NCBI GenBank assembly: GCA_050943475.1
Contig: JBMNPF010000007.1
Span: forward strand, 41,523 to 105,522
Source of the DNA: Oscillospiraceae bacterium
Lineage (GTDB): Bacteria > Bacillota > Clostridia > Oscillospirales > Ruminococcaceae
DNA: 64,000 nt
Reading direction: 5' to 3'
The position numbers and the translations under genes are program-made. The first letter of the stretch is position 1. Each line of letters starts with the position of its first letter. Below, piece by piece: positions 19,303-31,856 of this stretch. Under the pieces are notes generated by a model. That model did no database searches. It was not told where the DNA came from and saw only the letters and a program-made list of their open reading frames with translations.

Positions 19303-22300
19303 TGCCGCTTAGACACGATATTAAGAAGGTACTCGTCATTGGCTCTGGTCCTATCGTCATTGGGCAGGCGGCGGAGTTTGACTACGCCGGTGCACAGGCC
19401 TGCCGCGCGCTCAAGCAGGAGGGGCTTGAGGTCGTCCTCATCAACTCCAACCCGGCCACCATTATGACCGACAAAACCATGGCCGACGAAATTTATATTG
19501 AACCGCTGACCCTCGATGTGGTCAAGCGGGTCATTGAAATTGAGAAACCGGACAGCGTGCTTTCTACCCTGGGCGGGCAGACCGGCCTCACCCTTTCCAT
19601 GCAGCTTGCGGAGGAGGGGTTCCTGGAGGAACACGGTGTCAAGCTGCTCGGCGCGAATCCAGAGACCATCCACAAGGCAGAGGATCGCCAGGCCTTTAAG
19701 GATACCATGGAAGCCATTGGCGAACCGTGTATCCCCTCCAAGGTTGTCACCACCATTGAGGATGCGGTGGCGTTTGCAAACGAACCGGGGATTGGCTACC
19801 CGCTCATTATCCGTCCGGCGTTTACCCTGGGAGGTACTGGCGGCGGTATTGTAAACAACGAGGAAGAGCTGCGGGATATTGCCGAAAACGGCCTGCGTTT
19901 GTCCCCAATTACCCAAATCCTCGTGGAAAAATGCATCTCCGGCTGGAAGGAGATTGAGTTTGAGGTCATCCGTGACCGCAAGGGCAACGTCATCACCGTC
20001 TGTTCAATGGAAAACTTCGACCCGGTCGGCGTCCACACCGGTGACAGCATTGTTATTGCACCGGCGGTTACCCTGAGTGACAAGGAGTATCAAATGCTCC
20101 GCACCGCGGCGCTCAACATTGTATCGGAACTGCGGGTGGAAGGCGGCTGCAACGTTCAGTTTGCCCTGCACCCCACCTCGTTTGAATATGCGGTGATCGA
20201 GGTCAATCCCCGTGTGTCGCGTTCCTCGGCACTTGCTTCCAAGGCGACCGGCTACCCGATTGCAAAGGTTGCAACCCGCATTGCCATTGGTTATACGCTG
20301 GATGAAATCATTAACGCGGTCACCGGCAAAACCTACGCCTGCTTTGAGCCTTCCATAGACTATGTTGTCATCAAGTTCCCGAAATGGCCGTTTGAAAAGT
20401 TCGTCTACGCCAAACGCACCCTCGGCACCCAGATGATGGCGACTGGCGAAGTCATGGCCATTGGCACCTCCTTTGAACAGGCTATGATGAAGGCGGTCCG
20501 CGGTGCGGAGCTTGGCCTTTCCACCATGAACCTGAAAAAGCTCGCGGATCTTTCGGATGAAGAAATCCACAACCGGCTCTACAACTGCGATGACGAGCGT
20601 TCCTTTGTAATTTATGAGGCGCTTAAACGCGGCATTGCGCCGGAGGAAATCCACTCCATCACCAAAATTGACAACTGGTTCCTTTACAAACTGCTTAACC
20701 TTATCAAAATGGAGCGCAGTCTTGCAGACGGTGAACTAACCGACGAAAAATACCTGGCTGCCAAAAAATATGGTTTCCTCGACGAAACCATCGAGCAGCT
20801 CTCCGGGCAGACCATCAAGAATCCGCGCTTTGCCGCTTACAAGATGGTTGATACCTGCGCCGCCGAATTTGCGGCAGAAACCCCGTATTTTTATTCCACC
20901 TACGATGATGAGAACGAGGCGGAGCTGTTTATCAATGAACATAACACCGGCAAGAAAAAGGTGGTGGTATTCGGTTCCGGCCCAATCCGCATTGGGCAGG
21001 GCATTGAGTTTGACTACTGCTCGGTTCACTGTGTCTGGGCGCTCAAGGAAGAAGGGTATGAAGCGGTTATCTGCAACAACAACCCGGAGACCGTTTCCAC
21101 CGACTTTGACACCGGCGACCGCCTTTATTTTGACCCGCTGACCAAGGAGGACGTCCGCAGTATTCTCGAGACCGAGAAGCCATACGGCGTTGTCGTCCAG
21201 TTTGGCGGCCAAACTGCCATTAAGCTCGCGAAGTATCTCGACGAGCTGGGGGCGAATATCCTTGGTACCTCGGCGGACAGCGTCGACGCTGCTGAGGACC
21301 GCGAGCGTTTTGACGAACTGCTGGAGCAGTGCGGCATCCCGCGCCCGCAGGGCCACACCGTCTTTACCACCGAAGAGGCCATCAAGGCGGCAAATGAGCT
21401 GGGTTACCCGGTTCTGATGCGTCCGTCCTATGTCCTCGGCGGTCAGAACATGATCATCGCCCATTCAGACAAGGACATTGTCGAGTACATGGAAATCATC
21501 CTCGGCAACAACATTGAAAACCCGGTGCTTATCGACAAATACCTCATGGGCGTCGAGGTCGAGGTCGACGCTATTTGCGACGGCAAGGACTACCTCATCC
21601 CCGGTATCATGGAACATGTAGAGCGCGCAGGCGTTCATTCCGGCGACTCAATTTCCATCTATCCGGCACAGAACCTCTCCAAGCGCATCCGCGAGACCAT
21701 TGTGGACTACACCGGCAGGCTTGCAAAGGCGCTGAACGTCATTGGGCTTGTCAATGTGCAGTACGTGGTTTACAACGACACGGTCTATGTCATTGAGGTC
21801 AATCCCCGTTCCTCCAGGACGGTGCCTTACATCAGCAAGGTCACCGGCGTGCCGATGGTGGATATGGCGACCAAAATCATGCTCGGCGCCACCCTTGAAG
21901 AGCTGGGCTGGGGCACCGGCCTGTACCCGGAGGGCGATTATGTTGCCGTCAAGGTGCCAGTCTTCAGCTTTGAAAAGCTGCACGACGTTGATACCCATCT
22001 GGGGCCGGAGATGAAATCCACCGGCGAGGTTTTGGGCATTGACCACACCTTTGAGGAGGCCCTGCTCAAGGGGCTGACCGCGGCCGGATACAAAATGAAA
22101 CGCTCCGGCGGCGTACTGATGACCGTCCGCGATTCCGACAAGCAGGAGCTCATCAAGATTGCGGATAAATTCAACACCCTTGGGTTTGACCTTTACGCAA
22201 CCCCGGGTACGGCGAACACCCTCAACAAGAACATGATTCCGACCAATGTGGTACCCAAACACAAGGACGGCAAAAACAATGTCATCACCCTGCTGGACAG

Positions 22301-22499
22301 CGGGAAGATTGATTACATCATCTCCACTTCGGAAAAAGGCCGCGAACCCGCCAAAGACAGCGTGAAAATCCGCCGCAAGGCGGTGGAGCGCTCCATTGCA
22401 AGCCTGACCTCACTGGATACCGCAAATGCGGTTGCAGACAGCCTGCTGCTCGGCAAAACGGTGGGCGATGTTGAGCTTGTGGACATCACCAAAATATAA
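19302..22499 (+). CDS. carB: Carbamoyl-phosphate synthase large subunit
   Basis: 1065 aa with duplicated ATP-grasp halves and an MGS-like C-terminus. Confidence 0.96.
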   Translation: MPLRHDIKKVLVIGSGPIVIGQAAEFDYAGAQACRALKQEGLEVVLINSNPATIMTDKTMADEIYIEPLTLDVVKRVIEIEKPDSVLSTLGGQTGLTLSMQLAEEGFLEEHGVKLLGANPETIHKAEDRQAFKDTMEAIGEPCIPSKVVTTIEDAVAFANEPGIGYPLIIRPAFTLGGTGGGIVNNEEELRDIAENGLRLSPITQILVEKCISGWKEIEFEVIRDRKGNVITVCSMENFDPVGVHTGDSIVIAPAVTLSDKEYQMLRTAALNIVSELRVEGGCNVQFALHPTSFEYAVIEVNPRVSRSSALASKATGYPIAKVATRIAIGYTLDEIINAVTGKTYACFEPSIDYVVIKFPKWPFEKFVYAKRTLGTQMMATGEVMAIGTSFEQAMMKAVRGAELGLSTMNLKKLADLSDEEIHNRLYNCDDERSFVIYEALKRGIAPEEIHSITKIDNWFLYKLLNLIKMERSLADGELTDEKYLAAKKYGFLDETIEQLSGQTIKNPRFAAYKMVDTCAAEFAAETPYFYSTYDDENEAELFINEHNTGKKKVVVFGSGPIRIGQGIEFDYCSVHCVWALKEEGYEAVICNNNPETVSTDFDTGDRLYFDPLTKEDVRSILETEKPYGVVVQFGGQTAIKLAKYLDELGANILGTSADSVDAAEDRERFDELLEQCGIPRPQGHTVFTTEEAIKAANELGYPVLMRPSYVLGGQNMIIAHSDKDIVEYMEIILGNNIENPVLIDKYLMGVEVEVDAICDGKDYLIPGIMEHVERAGVHSGDSISIYPAQNLSKRIRETIVDYTGRLAKALNVIGLVNVQYVVYNDTVYVIEVNPRSSRTVPYISKVTGVPMVDMATKIMLGATLEELGWGTGLYPEGDYVAVKVPVFSFEKLHDVDTHLGPEMKSTGEVLGIDHTFEEALLKGLTAAGYKMKRSGGVLMTVRDSDKQELIKIADKFNTLGFDLYATPGTANTLNKNMIPTNVVPKHKDGKNNVITLLDSGKIDYIISTSEKGREPAKDSVKIRRKAVERSIASLTSLDTANAVADSLLLGKTVGDVELVDITKI

Positions 22500-22512
22500 C
22501 GGAGGAAACACA

Positions 22513-23280
22513 ATGGCTTTGCATGTAGGAGGTTACCTGCTTACCAAAAAGCAGGAGCTTGCCAAAGGCTTCTATTCGTTTACCATTTACTGCCCGGAAA
22601 TTGCCGAAGAGGCGGTTCCGGGGCAGTTTGTCAATCTCAAGGTACCGGAATGCTCGCTCCGCCGTCCCATCTCGATCTGCGAGGTGGACAAAGCGGCTGG
22701 GACCCTGCGGCTGGTTTTTGAAATCCGCGGGGATGGTACCGAGCGGCTTGCCGCTTTTCAGCAAGGAGAATCCGTTGACATGCTCGCCCCCCTCGGGAAT
22801 GGCTTTACCATCCGCCCGGGGAAAAAGGCGGTTGTCATTGGCGGGGGGATTGGCGTACCGCCGATGCTGGAGCTCGCAAAGCAGTACGGCGGGGAGGCTG
22901 TGGCCATTCTTGGCTTCCGGGATGAATCCGCCTGCATCCTTGAGGAGGATTTTAGACGCCATTGCCGTGAAGTGCTGCTGTATACCGACAACGGCACCAA
23001 GGGGAACCAGGGCTTTGTCACCGACGGGCTCAAAACGCTGCTTGCGCGTGAGGTGCCGGATGTGATTTATGCCTGCGGCCCGGAAGTGATGCTGAAAAAC
23101 ATCATTGCCCTTGCGGATGCACAGGGGATTGCCTGTGAGGTCTCGCTGGAACAGCGGATGGCCTGCGGCGTGGGCGCCTGCTATGTCTGTGCCTGCCGCC
23201 TTGTAATGGACGGCAAAGAATATTACGGGCATGTCTGCAAGGACGGCCCGGTGTTTGATTCCAAACAGGTCGTTTTGTAA
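22513..23280 (+). CDS. pyrK: Dihydroorotate dehydrogenase electron-transfer subunit
   Basis: C-terminal 2Fe-2S motif CGVGACYVCAC. ATG after GGAGGAAA. Confidence 0.9.
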   Translation: MALHVGGYLLTKKQELAKGFYSFTIYCPEIAEEAVPGQFVNLKVPECSLRRPISICEVDKAAGTLRLVFEIRGDGTERLAAFQQGESVDMLAPLGNGFTIRPGKKAVVIGGGIGVPPMLELAKQYGGEAVAILGFRDESACILEEDFRRHCREVLLYTDNGTKGNQGFVTDGLKTLLAREVPDVIYACGPEVMLKNIIALADAQGIACEVSLEQRMACGVGACYVCACRLVMDGKEYYGHVCKDGPVFDSKQVVL

Positions 23281-23293
23281 GGAGGGGGATACC

Positions 23294-24205
23294 ATGGCAG
23301 ATTTATCGGTCAACATTGCAGGCGTATCCTTCCAAAACCCGGTGATCCCGGCTTCCGGCACCTTTGGGTATGGCAGGGAATACGCAAAATTTTATGACAT
23401 CGGCCGGCTGGGGGGGATCTCGGTCAAGGGCACCACGCTGGAGCGGCGCGAGGGCAACCCGCCGCCGCGCGTGGCAGAGACGCCCTCGGGAATGCTCAAC
23501 TCGGTCGGGCTGCAAAATCCCGGTGTAGAGCATTTTATCAAAGAGGAAATCCCATACATCAAGCAGGCGGGGACGCGCATCGTTGCGAATATCGCCGGTT
23601 CCACCCCGGAGGATTACGCTGAGATGGCGCGTCGCCTGGACGGCACCGATGTGGATATGATTGAACTCAACATCTCCTGCCCCAACGTCAAATGCGGCGG
23701 AGCCGCGTTCGGCACCGATCCAAAGGTCGCAGGAAGCATTACCCGGCTGGTGAAGGATACGACCAGCAAACCGGTGATGGTCAAGCTCACCCCAAATGTC
23801 ACCGATATCGCTCTCATGGCAAAAGCGGTTGAAGCGGAGGGGGCGGATGCGGTTTCGCTTATCAACACCCTGCTCGGTATGCGGATTGACATTAAGACCG
23901 GGCGGCCTATCCTCAAAAACAATGTAGGCGGTCTCTCCGGCCCGGCGGTCTTTCCGGTTGCGGTGCGGATGGTCTGGCAGGTTGCAAACGCAGTGCGCAT
24001 ACCGGTTGTGGGAATGGGCGGCATTGCCACTTGGAAGGATGCTGTTGAAATGATGATGGCGGGGGCTTCGGCCATCCAGGTTGGCGCAGCATTGTTTACC
24101 AATCCCTATGCGCCGGTTGAGATCATCGACGGATTAAACCGCTACCTGGATGAAAACGGCATTGCCAGCGTCAGCGAAATTGTTGGGACGGTGCAGCCGT
24201 GGTGA
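23294..24205 (+). CDS. pyrD: Dihydroorotate dehydrogenase B catalytic subunit
   Basis: ASGTFG and NISCPNVK motifs. Confidence 0.93.
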   Translation: MADLSVNIAGVSFQNPVIPASGTFGYGREYAKFYDIGRLGGISVKGTTLERREGNPPPRVAETPSGMLNSVGLQNPGVEHFIKEEIPYIKQAGTRIVANIAGSTPEDYAEMARRLDGTDVDMIELNISCPNVKCGGAAFGTDPKVAGSITRLVKDTTSKPVMVKLTPNVTDIALMAKAVEAEGADAVSLINTLLGMRIDIKTGRPILKNNVGGLSGPAVFPVAVRMVWQVANAVRIPVVGMGGIATWKDAVEMMMAGASAIQVGAALFTNPYAPVEIIDGLNRYLDENGIASVSEIVGTVQPW

Positions 24206-24879
24206 CGACGGTTTATCTCATCCGCCACGCGCAGGCGGAGGGAAACGAAAAACGGTTGTTTCAGGGGCATTATGACGGCGCGGTCAGTGAAATGGGCTGG
24301 CGGCAGCTCGATCAGCTCGCTGAATATTGCCGGGATTTGCCGCTGGAGGCGGTTTATTCCAGCCCGCTGACCCGTGCGGTTGAAACGGCAAAGGCGGTCA
24401 ACCGTTATCATGGTTTGCCGCTCCAGCTGCGGGATGGATTGATTGAAATCAACGGCGGCGATTGGGAGGGAAAGCCCTGGGATTGCTTTCCGGTGGATTA
24501 TCCGGAGCAGAACCGGCATTGGGAGCAGTCTCCCTGGCTGTTTGAGGCGCCGAACGGCGAGACCATGAGGCAGGTGTATGACCGCATTGTCGGCGCGGTG
24601 TTGGAAATCGTCAGGGAAAACCTTGGAAAAACGGCTGCAATCGTCTCGCATGGCTGTGCAATTCGGAATTTTCTCACCTTTGCGAAGGGGCTTCCGGTAG
24701 AGGGTATCTCTCAGGTGGGCTGGTGCGACAATACGGCGGTTTCTAAAATTACCTTTGATGAACAGCTGCATCCGACCCTTGTGTTTGCAAACCGCACGGA
24801 ACACCTTGCCGAGGAGACCAAAACCTTTGCCCGCCAGCGCTGGTGGGAGCAGTTTGAACCCAAAACAGGGGATGCATAA
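24199..24879 (+). CDS. Histidine phosphatase family protein (phosphoglycerate mutase-like)
   Basis: IRHAQAEGN catalytic motif with a GTG start. Confidence 0.8.
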   Translation: MVTTVYLIRHAQAEGNEKRLFQGHYDGAVSEMGWRQLDQLAEYCRDLPLEAVYSSPLTRAVETAKAVNRYHGLPLQLRDGLIEINGGDWEGKPWDCFPVDYPEQNRHWEQSPWLFEAPNGETMRQVYDRIVGAVLEIVRENLGKTAAIVSHGCAIRNFLTFAKGLPVEGISQVGWCDNTAVSKITFDEQLHPTLVFANRTEHLAEETKTFARQRWWEQFEPKTGDA

Positions 24880-24947
24880 CGCCGGATTCGGCGGTACAAC
24901 CCGGCCGCGGCGCTACGCATAAAGTCTGCGGCGGAATGGAGAATAGA

Positions 24948-25382
24948 ATGAAGATAATGGCAGTTGATTTGGGCGACGCCCGCACTGGGCTTGCCTGCTG
25001 TGACCGGACCGAGTTCCTTGCGTCCCCTATCGGGACCATCCATGAGACCGATTTTGATGAAATCCTGCGGCAGGTCGCCATCGCTTCGGTGGAGTACGAC
25101 GTCAAGGAGATTGTGGTGGGGCATCCGGTCAACATGAACGGGACGGTTGGAGACCGTGCCAAAAAGTGTGAAGAATTTGCTGAACGGCTTGCTGGTATGG
25201 TGCAGATTCCGGTGCGCTTGTGGGATGAGCGTTCCACCACCGTCTCTGCGACCAATATCCTAAACGAGACCAATACCCGCGGCAAAAAACGCAAAGAGAT
25301 TATTGACACCGTTGCGGCAACCATTATTTTGGAAAGCTATATGCAGTACCGCCGCAACCACAAAGAGGAAGAGCCGGTATAA
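24948..25382 (+). CDS. ruvX: Holliday junction resolvase-like RuvX (YqgF)
   Basis: MAVDLGDARTGLA motif. GGAG lies 6 nt before the ATG at 24948. Confidence 0.88.
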   Translation: MKIMAVDLGDARTGLACCDRTEFLASPIGTIHETDFDEILRQVAIASVEYDVKEIVVGHPVNMNGTVGDRAKKCEEFAERLAGMVQIPVRLWDERSTTVSATNILNETNTRGKKRKEIIDTVAATIILESYMQYRRNHKEEEPV

Positions 25383-25424
25383 ACAAACCCCCCCGATTTA
25401 CTGGATCGGGGGGGGTTAAAAGCA

Positions 25425-25455
25425 AAAAGCCGCGGATACTCCGCGGCTTTTTTGA
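25425..25455. terminator. Bidirectional terminator between ruvX and the alcohol dehydrogenase gene
   Basis: AAAAAGCCGCGGA-TACT-CCGCGGCTTTTTT. An additional C7/G8 hairpin lies at 25388-25415. Confidence 0.85.
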
Positions 25456-25494
25456 TTGACATATGCGGTGAAACAGCGTATACGGCCGGAGGAC

Positions 25495-26679
25495 TTACCG
25501 CGCCATTTCGTAAATTTTAATGATATCCTCTTTCTTGAGTTCCATAAAGTGGCCGACAATTTTTTTGCCGCTGCGGGTGCACTTCTCCGCCATTTCGTCG
25601 ATCTCTGCATCGGTGATTTCTTTGCCGTTTAACAGCTCTTTAATGGAAATCGGCATCTCGATTTCCCGGTAGAACTTCTCCATAGCCTCAATGCCTTCCA
25701 GGGCGGTGCGCTCCGGATTATCGAAGTGGTTGTAAACGCCGAGGACGTTGACGGCAAACTGAGCAAAACGTTTGACGTTGTGTTTGTAAACGTAACGCGC
25801 CCAGCTCCCCCAAACCGCTGCAAGGCCGGCGCCGTGGGTAACGTCGAACAGGCCGCCGAGCTCATGCTCAATCTGGTGGCTCGCATAATCGCCGACTGCG
25901 CCGCAGCCGGTCAGGTCGTTGTGCGCAAGACTGCTCGCCCACATAACCTGCGCGCGCGCCTCATAGTTCTCCGGATCCTTCATCAGAATTTTAGCATTGC
26001 GGATGACGTTGCGCATCAGAGCTTCTGCAATAACGTCGGTAAGCTCCATTGTCTCCACATTGGTGAAATAACGCTCCATGGTGTGCATCAGAATATCGGT
26101 GCAGCCGCTCATGGTCTGGTACTGGGGCAGGGTGTAGGTCAGCTCCGGGTTCATCACGGCGAATTTGCAGCGGCCGTAATCGGTATTGCAAGACATTTTG
26201 AGCCAGCCTTCTTCGTTGGTGATAACCGAGGAATTGCTCATCTCGCTGCCCGCCGCCGCAATGGTCAGCACAGCGCCCACCGGGTAGCAGCCGGTCGGGT
26301 AGGCTTTGCCCTCGTAGAGATCCCAAACGTCGCAGTCGTTTGCAAGACCGTAGCCAATCGCTTTGCAGGAGTCAATGACGCTGCCGCCGCCGACCGCCAG
26401 CAAAAAGTCAACTCCTTCTTTTTTGCAGAGTTCAATGCCTTCGCGAACCTTGGAAAGGCGCGGGTTCGGCACAACGCCGCCCAGCGTTACATACTGAATG
26501 CCCGCTTTGTCCAGCGAAGCGCAGACGCGGTCCAGCAGCCCGGATTTTTTGGCGCTGTTCCCGCCGAAGTGGACAAGAACCTTTTTGCAGTGCTGCGCCT
26601 TGACCAGTTCGCCAACCTGCGCTTCTGCATCTTTCCCGAAAACGACCTGTGTGGGTGCGTAGAAATTAAAGTTTTCCAT
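25495..26679 (-). CDS. Iron-containing alcohol dehydrogenase (butanol dehydrogenase/YqhD-like)
   Basis: GGGSVIDSCKAIG and HQIEHELGGLFDVTHGAGLA motifs. ATG 26679 after AAGGAG. The track start at 26793 is an upstream extension. Confidence 0.9.
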   Translation of the reverse strand: MENFNFYAPTQVVFGKDAEAQVGELVKAQHCKKVLVHFGGNSAKKSGLLDRVCASLDKAGIQYVTLGGVVPNPRLSKVREGIELCKKEGVDFLLAVGGGSVIDSCKAIGYGLANDCDVWDLYEGKAYPTGCYPVGAVLTIAAAGSEMSNSSVITNEEGWLKMSCNTDYGRCKFAVMNPELTYTLPQYQTMSGCTDILMHTMERYFTNVETMELTDVIAEALMRNVIRNAKILMKDPENYEARAQVMWASSLAHNDLTGCGAVGDYASHQIEHELGGLFDVTHGAGLAAVWGSWARYVYKHNVKRFAQFAVNVLGVYNHFDNPERTALEGIEAMEKFYREIEMPISIKELLNGKEITDAEIDEMAEKCTRSGKKIVGHFMELKKEDIIKIYEMAR

Positions 26680-26845
26680 TGTACAGTCTCCTTTTTGTGG
26701 TGTTGTTGTATAATTGCCGTCTGGTACAGGTTCCAGCCCGGGCTCCCTTTGGGGATTACGTTCAGTATAGCGCGTTTCCCTTAGGATGTCCATTTGTATT
26801 TTGACTGAATTTTTGAATAATCTTTTAACTTTTGAATGGCTCCAC

Positions 26846-26874
26846 TTGACACTGGCCAGAATAAGTGATAACCT
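26846..26874 (+). promoter_or_regulatory. Putative hrcA operon promoter
   Basis: TTGACA-17 nt-TAACCT with upstream TG, placed immediately before CIRCE. Confidence 0.5.
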
Positions 26875-26878
26875 AATA

Positions 26879-26905
26879 TTAGCACTCAGGAAAGCAGAGT
26901 GCTAA
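26879..26905 (+). promoter_or_regulatory. CIRCE operator (HrcA binding site)
   Basis: Perfect TTAGCACTC-N9-GAGTGCTAA inverted repeat. Confidence 0.95.
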
Positions 26906-26959
26906 ATTTAAAATGTGACACCTGTGGTTTGCAAGATTCCAGAAACAGGGGTGAGTCAA

Positions 26960-28024
26960 GTGAAACTGGATGACCGAAAGCTCAGGGTTCTGGCGGCTGT
27001 TGTAGACGAGTATATTAAAACCGGCGAGCCGGTTGGTTCCAAGTCTCTCGTCGACCTAGAGGGGCTTTCTGTTTCATCGGCCACCATACGAAACGACATG
27101 GCGGCGCTTGAAGCAATGGGGCTGCTTGAACAGCCGCATACTTCCGCCGGAAGGGTGCCAACCTACCAAGGCTATCGCTACTATATTGAACGTCTGATGA
27201 AGCCTGCGCCGCTTTCTTTAAAAGAGCGGAATATGATTGACGACATGCTCGGCCGCGATCAGACGGCGACGGCAGAATCGGTAGTGGAAACGGCAACCGA
27301 AGCGCTGGCGCAGCTTACCGGCTGTGCGACCTTCAACACCAAGAATATGCCGCAGATTTCGGTGATTACCCGGGTGGAGGTTATCCCGGCGGGCAGGCGG
27401 CTTTATGCACTGCTCATCCTCACCTCCTCCGGCGCTATTAAAAACCGCATTTGCCGGATGGAATTTGACCTTTCCAATGAGCAGCTGGCGTTTTTTGACA
27501 AATTCTTGAACGAGAACCTGCATGGGTTGAAGGTTGACCAGCTCAATCCTTCTATGATGCAGAATCTTGCGGCGGCAATGGGCAGCTACATGATGACCCT
27601 GACGCCGCTTCTCTACGCCGTATACGAGCTTTCCAGTGAATTTACGGCGTCCAACGTCAATCTGCGCGGGGAAACCCAACTGCTTGCGAGCAGTGAGTTT
27701 GACCCGAACGAGGTGCTGCGCTTCCTTTCCCACAAGGATGATTTGTCGGCGCTGCTTTCCTCGGTGTTTGACGGCATTCACGTGGTGTTCGGCAAAGAGA
27801 CCAACACCCTTGCCATTACCAATTCCAGCGTCATCCTGTCAAAGTATAACCTTGGCAGCATCAATGCTGGTGCGCTTGGCGTCATCGGCCCGGTGCGGCT
27901 GGATTATGCCAAGATGATTCCATATATCCAGTACTTTTCAGACAGCGTGACCCGTATGCTTTCCGGCAGCGAGGAGCTTCTGGAGGAAGGAGAACAGCAT
28001 GAGCGAAAAGAAGAAAAAGGATAA
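26960..28024 (+). CDS. hrcA: Heat-inducible transcription repressor HrcA
   Basis: KLDDRKLRVLAAVVDEYIKTGEPVGSK N-terminus. GTG 26960 after GGGGTGA. Alternative GTGs at 26951 and 26915. Confidence 0.9.
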   Translation: MKLDDRKLRVLAAVVDEYIKTGEPVGSKSLVDLEGLSVSSATIRNDMAALEAMGLLEQPHTSAGRVPTYQGYRYYIERLMKPAPLSLKERNMIDDMLGRDQTATAESVVETATEALAQLTGCATFNTKNMPQISVITRVEVIPAGRRLYALLILTSSGAIKNRICRMEFDLSNEQLAFFDKFLNENLHGLKVDQLNPSMMQNLAAAMGSYMMTLTPLLYAVYELSSEFTASNVNLRGETQLLASSEFDPNEVLRFLSHKDDLSALLSSVFDGIHVVFGKETNTLAITNSSVILSKYNLGSINAGALGVIGPVRLDYAKMIPYIQYFSDSVTRMLSGSEELLEEGEQHERKEEKG

Positions 28025-28556
28025 GACTGCGGAAGAAGCTGTGAAAACAGCGGAACAGCAGGCTACACCGGAAACAGCCGAAACACCGGAGAACACCTCT
28101 GCCGGACTGGAGCAGGAGGTTGAACGCCTGACGGCGGAAAACACAGAGCTTCAGGATAAGCTGCTGCGGCAAATGGCGGAGTTTGACAACTTCCGCAAGC
28201 GAACCGTAAAAGAAAAAGGCGAGCTTTATGACGATGCCACGGCAAAATGCGTGGCGGAAATTGTTGCTGTTGTGGATAACTTCGAGCGTGCGCTTGCAAG
28301 TCCCTGTGACGGCGGCGAGGAGTTCAAAAAAGGCGTTCAGATGATTTTTGACCAGTTGATGCAAACGCTGGGCAAAATGGGCGTCACCGAAATAGAGGCA
28401 GTGGGCAAACCCTTTGATCCGGAGCTGCACAATGCGGTCAGCCGGGTGGAGGATGAAACGGTTGGCGAAAACACCGTCTGCCAGGTATACCAGAAGGGCT
28501 TTAAACTTAAGGATAAGGTCATTCGGCATGCAATGGTAGTCGTTGCAAATTCATAA
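27999..28556 (+). CDS. grpE: Nucleotide exchange factor GrpE
   Basis: EFDNFRKRT motif. Confidence 0.93.
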   Translation: MSEKKKKDKTAEEAVKTAEQQATPETAETPENTSAGLEQEVERLTAENTELQDKLLRQMAEFDNFRKRTVKEKGELYDDATAKCVAEIVAVVDNFERALASPCDGGEEFKKGVQMIFDQLMQTLGKMGVTEIEAVGKPFDPELHNAVSRVEDETVGENTVCQVYQKGFKLKDKVIRHAMVVVANS

Positions 28557-30452
<1,896 letters not shown>

Positions 30453-30562
30453 ACGAATACCGTTACTGTGTGCACCTCTGTCCGGCTTGGGCAGGGGTGC
30501 TCCGGCGGTTTTAACGGTCCGGCGGGCGGCCGGATACATAAGCGATAAAGGGTGGGCAAATT

Positions 30563-31729
30563 TTGGCGGATAAACGAGATTATTACGAAGTGCTGGGCGT
30601 TTCCAAAAGCGCCGGCGATGACGAGATTAAAAAAGCGTACCGGCAGATGGCCAAGAAGTACCATCCGGACCTGAATCCCGGTGACAAAGAGGCAGAAGCC
30701 AAGTTCAAAGAGGTCAACGAGGCGTATGAAGTGCTGTCGGACAGCACCAAAAAAGCGCGTTACGACCAATTCGGCCATGCGGGGGTTGACCCGAACTATG
30801 GCGCTGGCGCCGGAGGCGCCGGGGGAGCTGGCTTTGGCGGTTTTGATTTCGGCGACCTGGGCGATATTTTTGAGGGCTTTTTCGGTGGCGGCTTTGGTGG
30901 TTCTGCGCGCAGCAATCCCAACGCCCCAAGGCGCGGCGCCGATGTAGAAGCTTCGGTGACCATCAGCTTTCTGGAGGCCTGCAAGGGCTGTGAAAAAGAT
31001 GTAACCGTCTCCTCTATGTCGGAATGCGGCGAGTGCCACGGCACCGGTGCGGCAAAGGGAAGCAGCCCGCAGACCTGTCCGGACTGCGGCGGCAGAGGAC
31101 AGGTGCGGGTCAGCCAGCGCACCCCGTTTGGCGTGGTTCAGACCTCTCGGACCTGCTCGCGCTGTGGCGGCAAGGGAAAAATTATCAGTAATCCCTGCCC
31201 AAAATGCCACGGCGGCGGACGGGTGCGTACCAGCAGCACTGTGCATGTGACCATCCCGGCCGGCATTGACGACGGCCAGGCGTTTTCTATGTCGGGCCGC
31301 GGCGATCATGGCCTCAACGGAGGACCGGCCGGCGATTTGATTGTTAACGTCAATGTTCGCCCGGACCCGATTTTCACCCGGCGCGGCTATGATATTTGGT
31401 GCGATATTCCCATCACCTATGCCCAGGCGGTTTTGGGGGATGAAATCACTGTGCCAACCATTGACGGCAAGGTGAAGTATACTGTTCCCGAAGGGTTCCA
31501 GCCCGAAACGGTGGTGCGTTTGCGCGGAAAGGGCGTACAGCGCGTCAATGCAAGAGGGCGCGGCGACCAGTATGTCAAAATCATGGTTGAAGTCCCGAAA
31601 GACCTCAACAAACAGCAGAAAGAAGCTCTGCGGAACTTTGACGGTATGCTCAACGACAAGCAACATGTAAAAAAGAAAAACTTTTTTGAAACCTTGCGGG
31701 ATAATTTCACCGGCGGAAAAGGCGAATAG
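30563..31729 (+). CDS. dnaJ: Molecular chaperone DnaJ
   Basis: J-domain HPD, G/F region and four CxxCxGxG repeats. TTG start. Confidence 0.95.
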   Translation: MADKRDYYEVLGVSKSAGDDEIKKAYRQMAKKYHPDLNPGDKEAEAKFKEVNEAYEVLSDSTKKARYDQFGHAGVDPNYGAGAGGAGGAGFGGFDFGDLGDIFEGFFGGGFGGSARSNPNAPRRGADVEASVTISFLEACKGCEKDVTVSSMSECGECHGTGAAKGSSPQTCPDCGGRGQVRVSQRTPFGVVQTSRTCSRCGGKGKIISNPCPKCHGGGRVRTSSTVHVTIPAGIDDGQAFSMSGRGDHGLNGGPAGDLIVNVNVRPDPIFTRRGYDIWCDIPITYAQAVLGDEITVPTIDGKVKYTVPEGFQPETVVRLRGKGVQRVNARGRGDQYVKIMVEVPKDLNKQQKEALRNFDGMLNDKQHVKKKNFFETLRDNFTGGKGE

Positions 31730-31737
31730 AAGAAGCG

Positions 31738-31776
31738 AAAAAAGAAGTCATGCTTTTTGCATGACTTCTTTTTTGT
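31738..31776 (+). terminator. Intrinsic terminator after dnaJ
   Basis: AAAAGAAGTCATGC-TTTTT-GCATGACTTCTTTT. Confidence 0.85.
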
Positions 31777-31856
31777 TTAACTACTTGATCTGTCGTGGTA
31801 ATTGTGCTACAATAATTTTACTTTATCTGATGAAGTAGTTTGAAAGGAGGGAAGCT

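Noticed and set aside
26795-26840. Three TTTGA[A/C]T repeats upstream of the alcohol dehydrogenase promoter as a Rex or activator site
   Set aside because: They do not match the Rex palindrome (TTGTGAA-N-TTCACAA type) and their spacing is irregular. The evidence is too weak to call.
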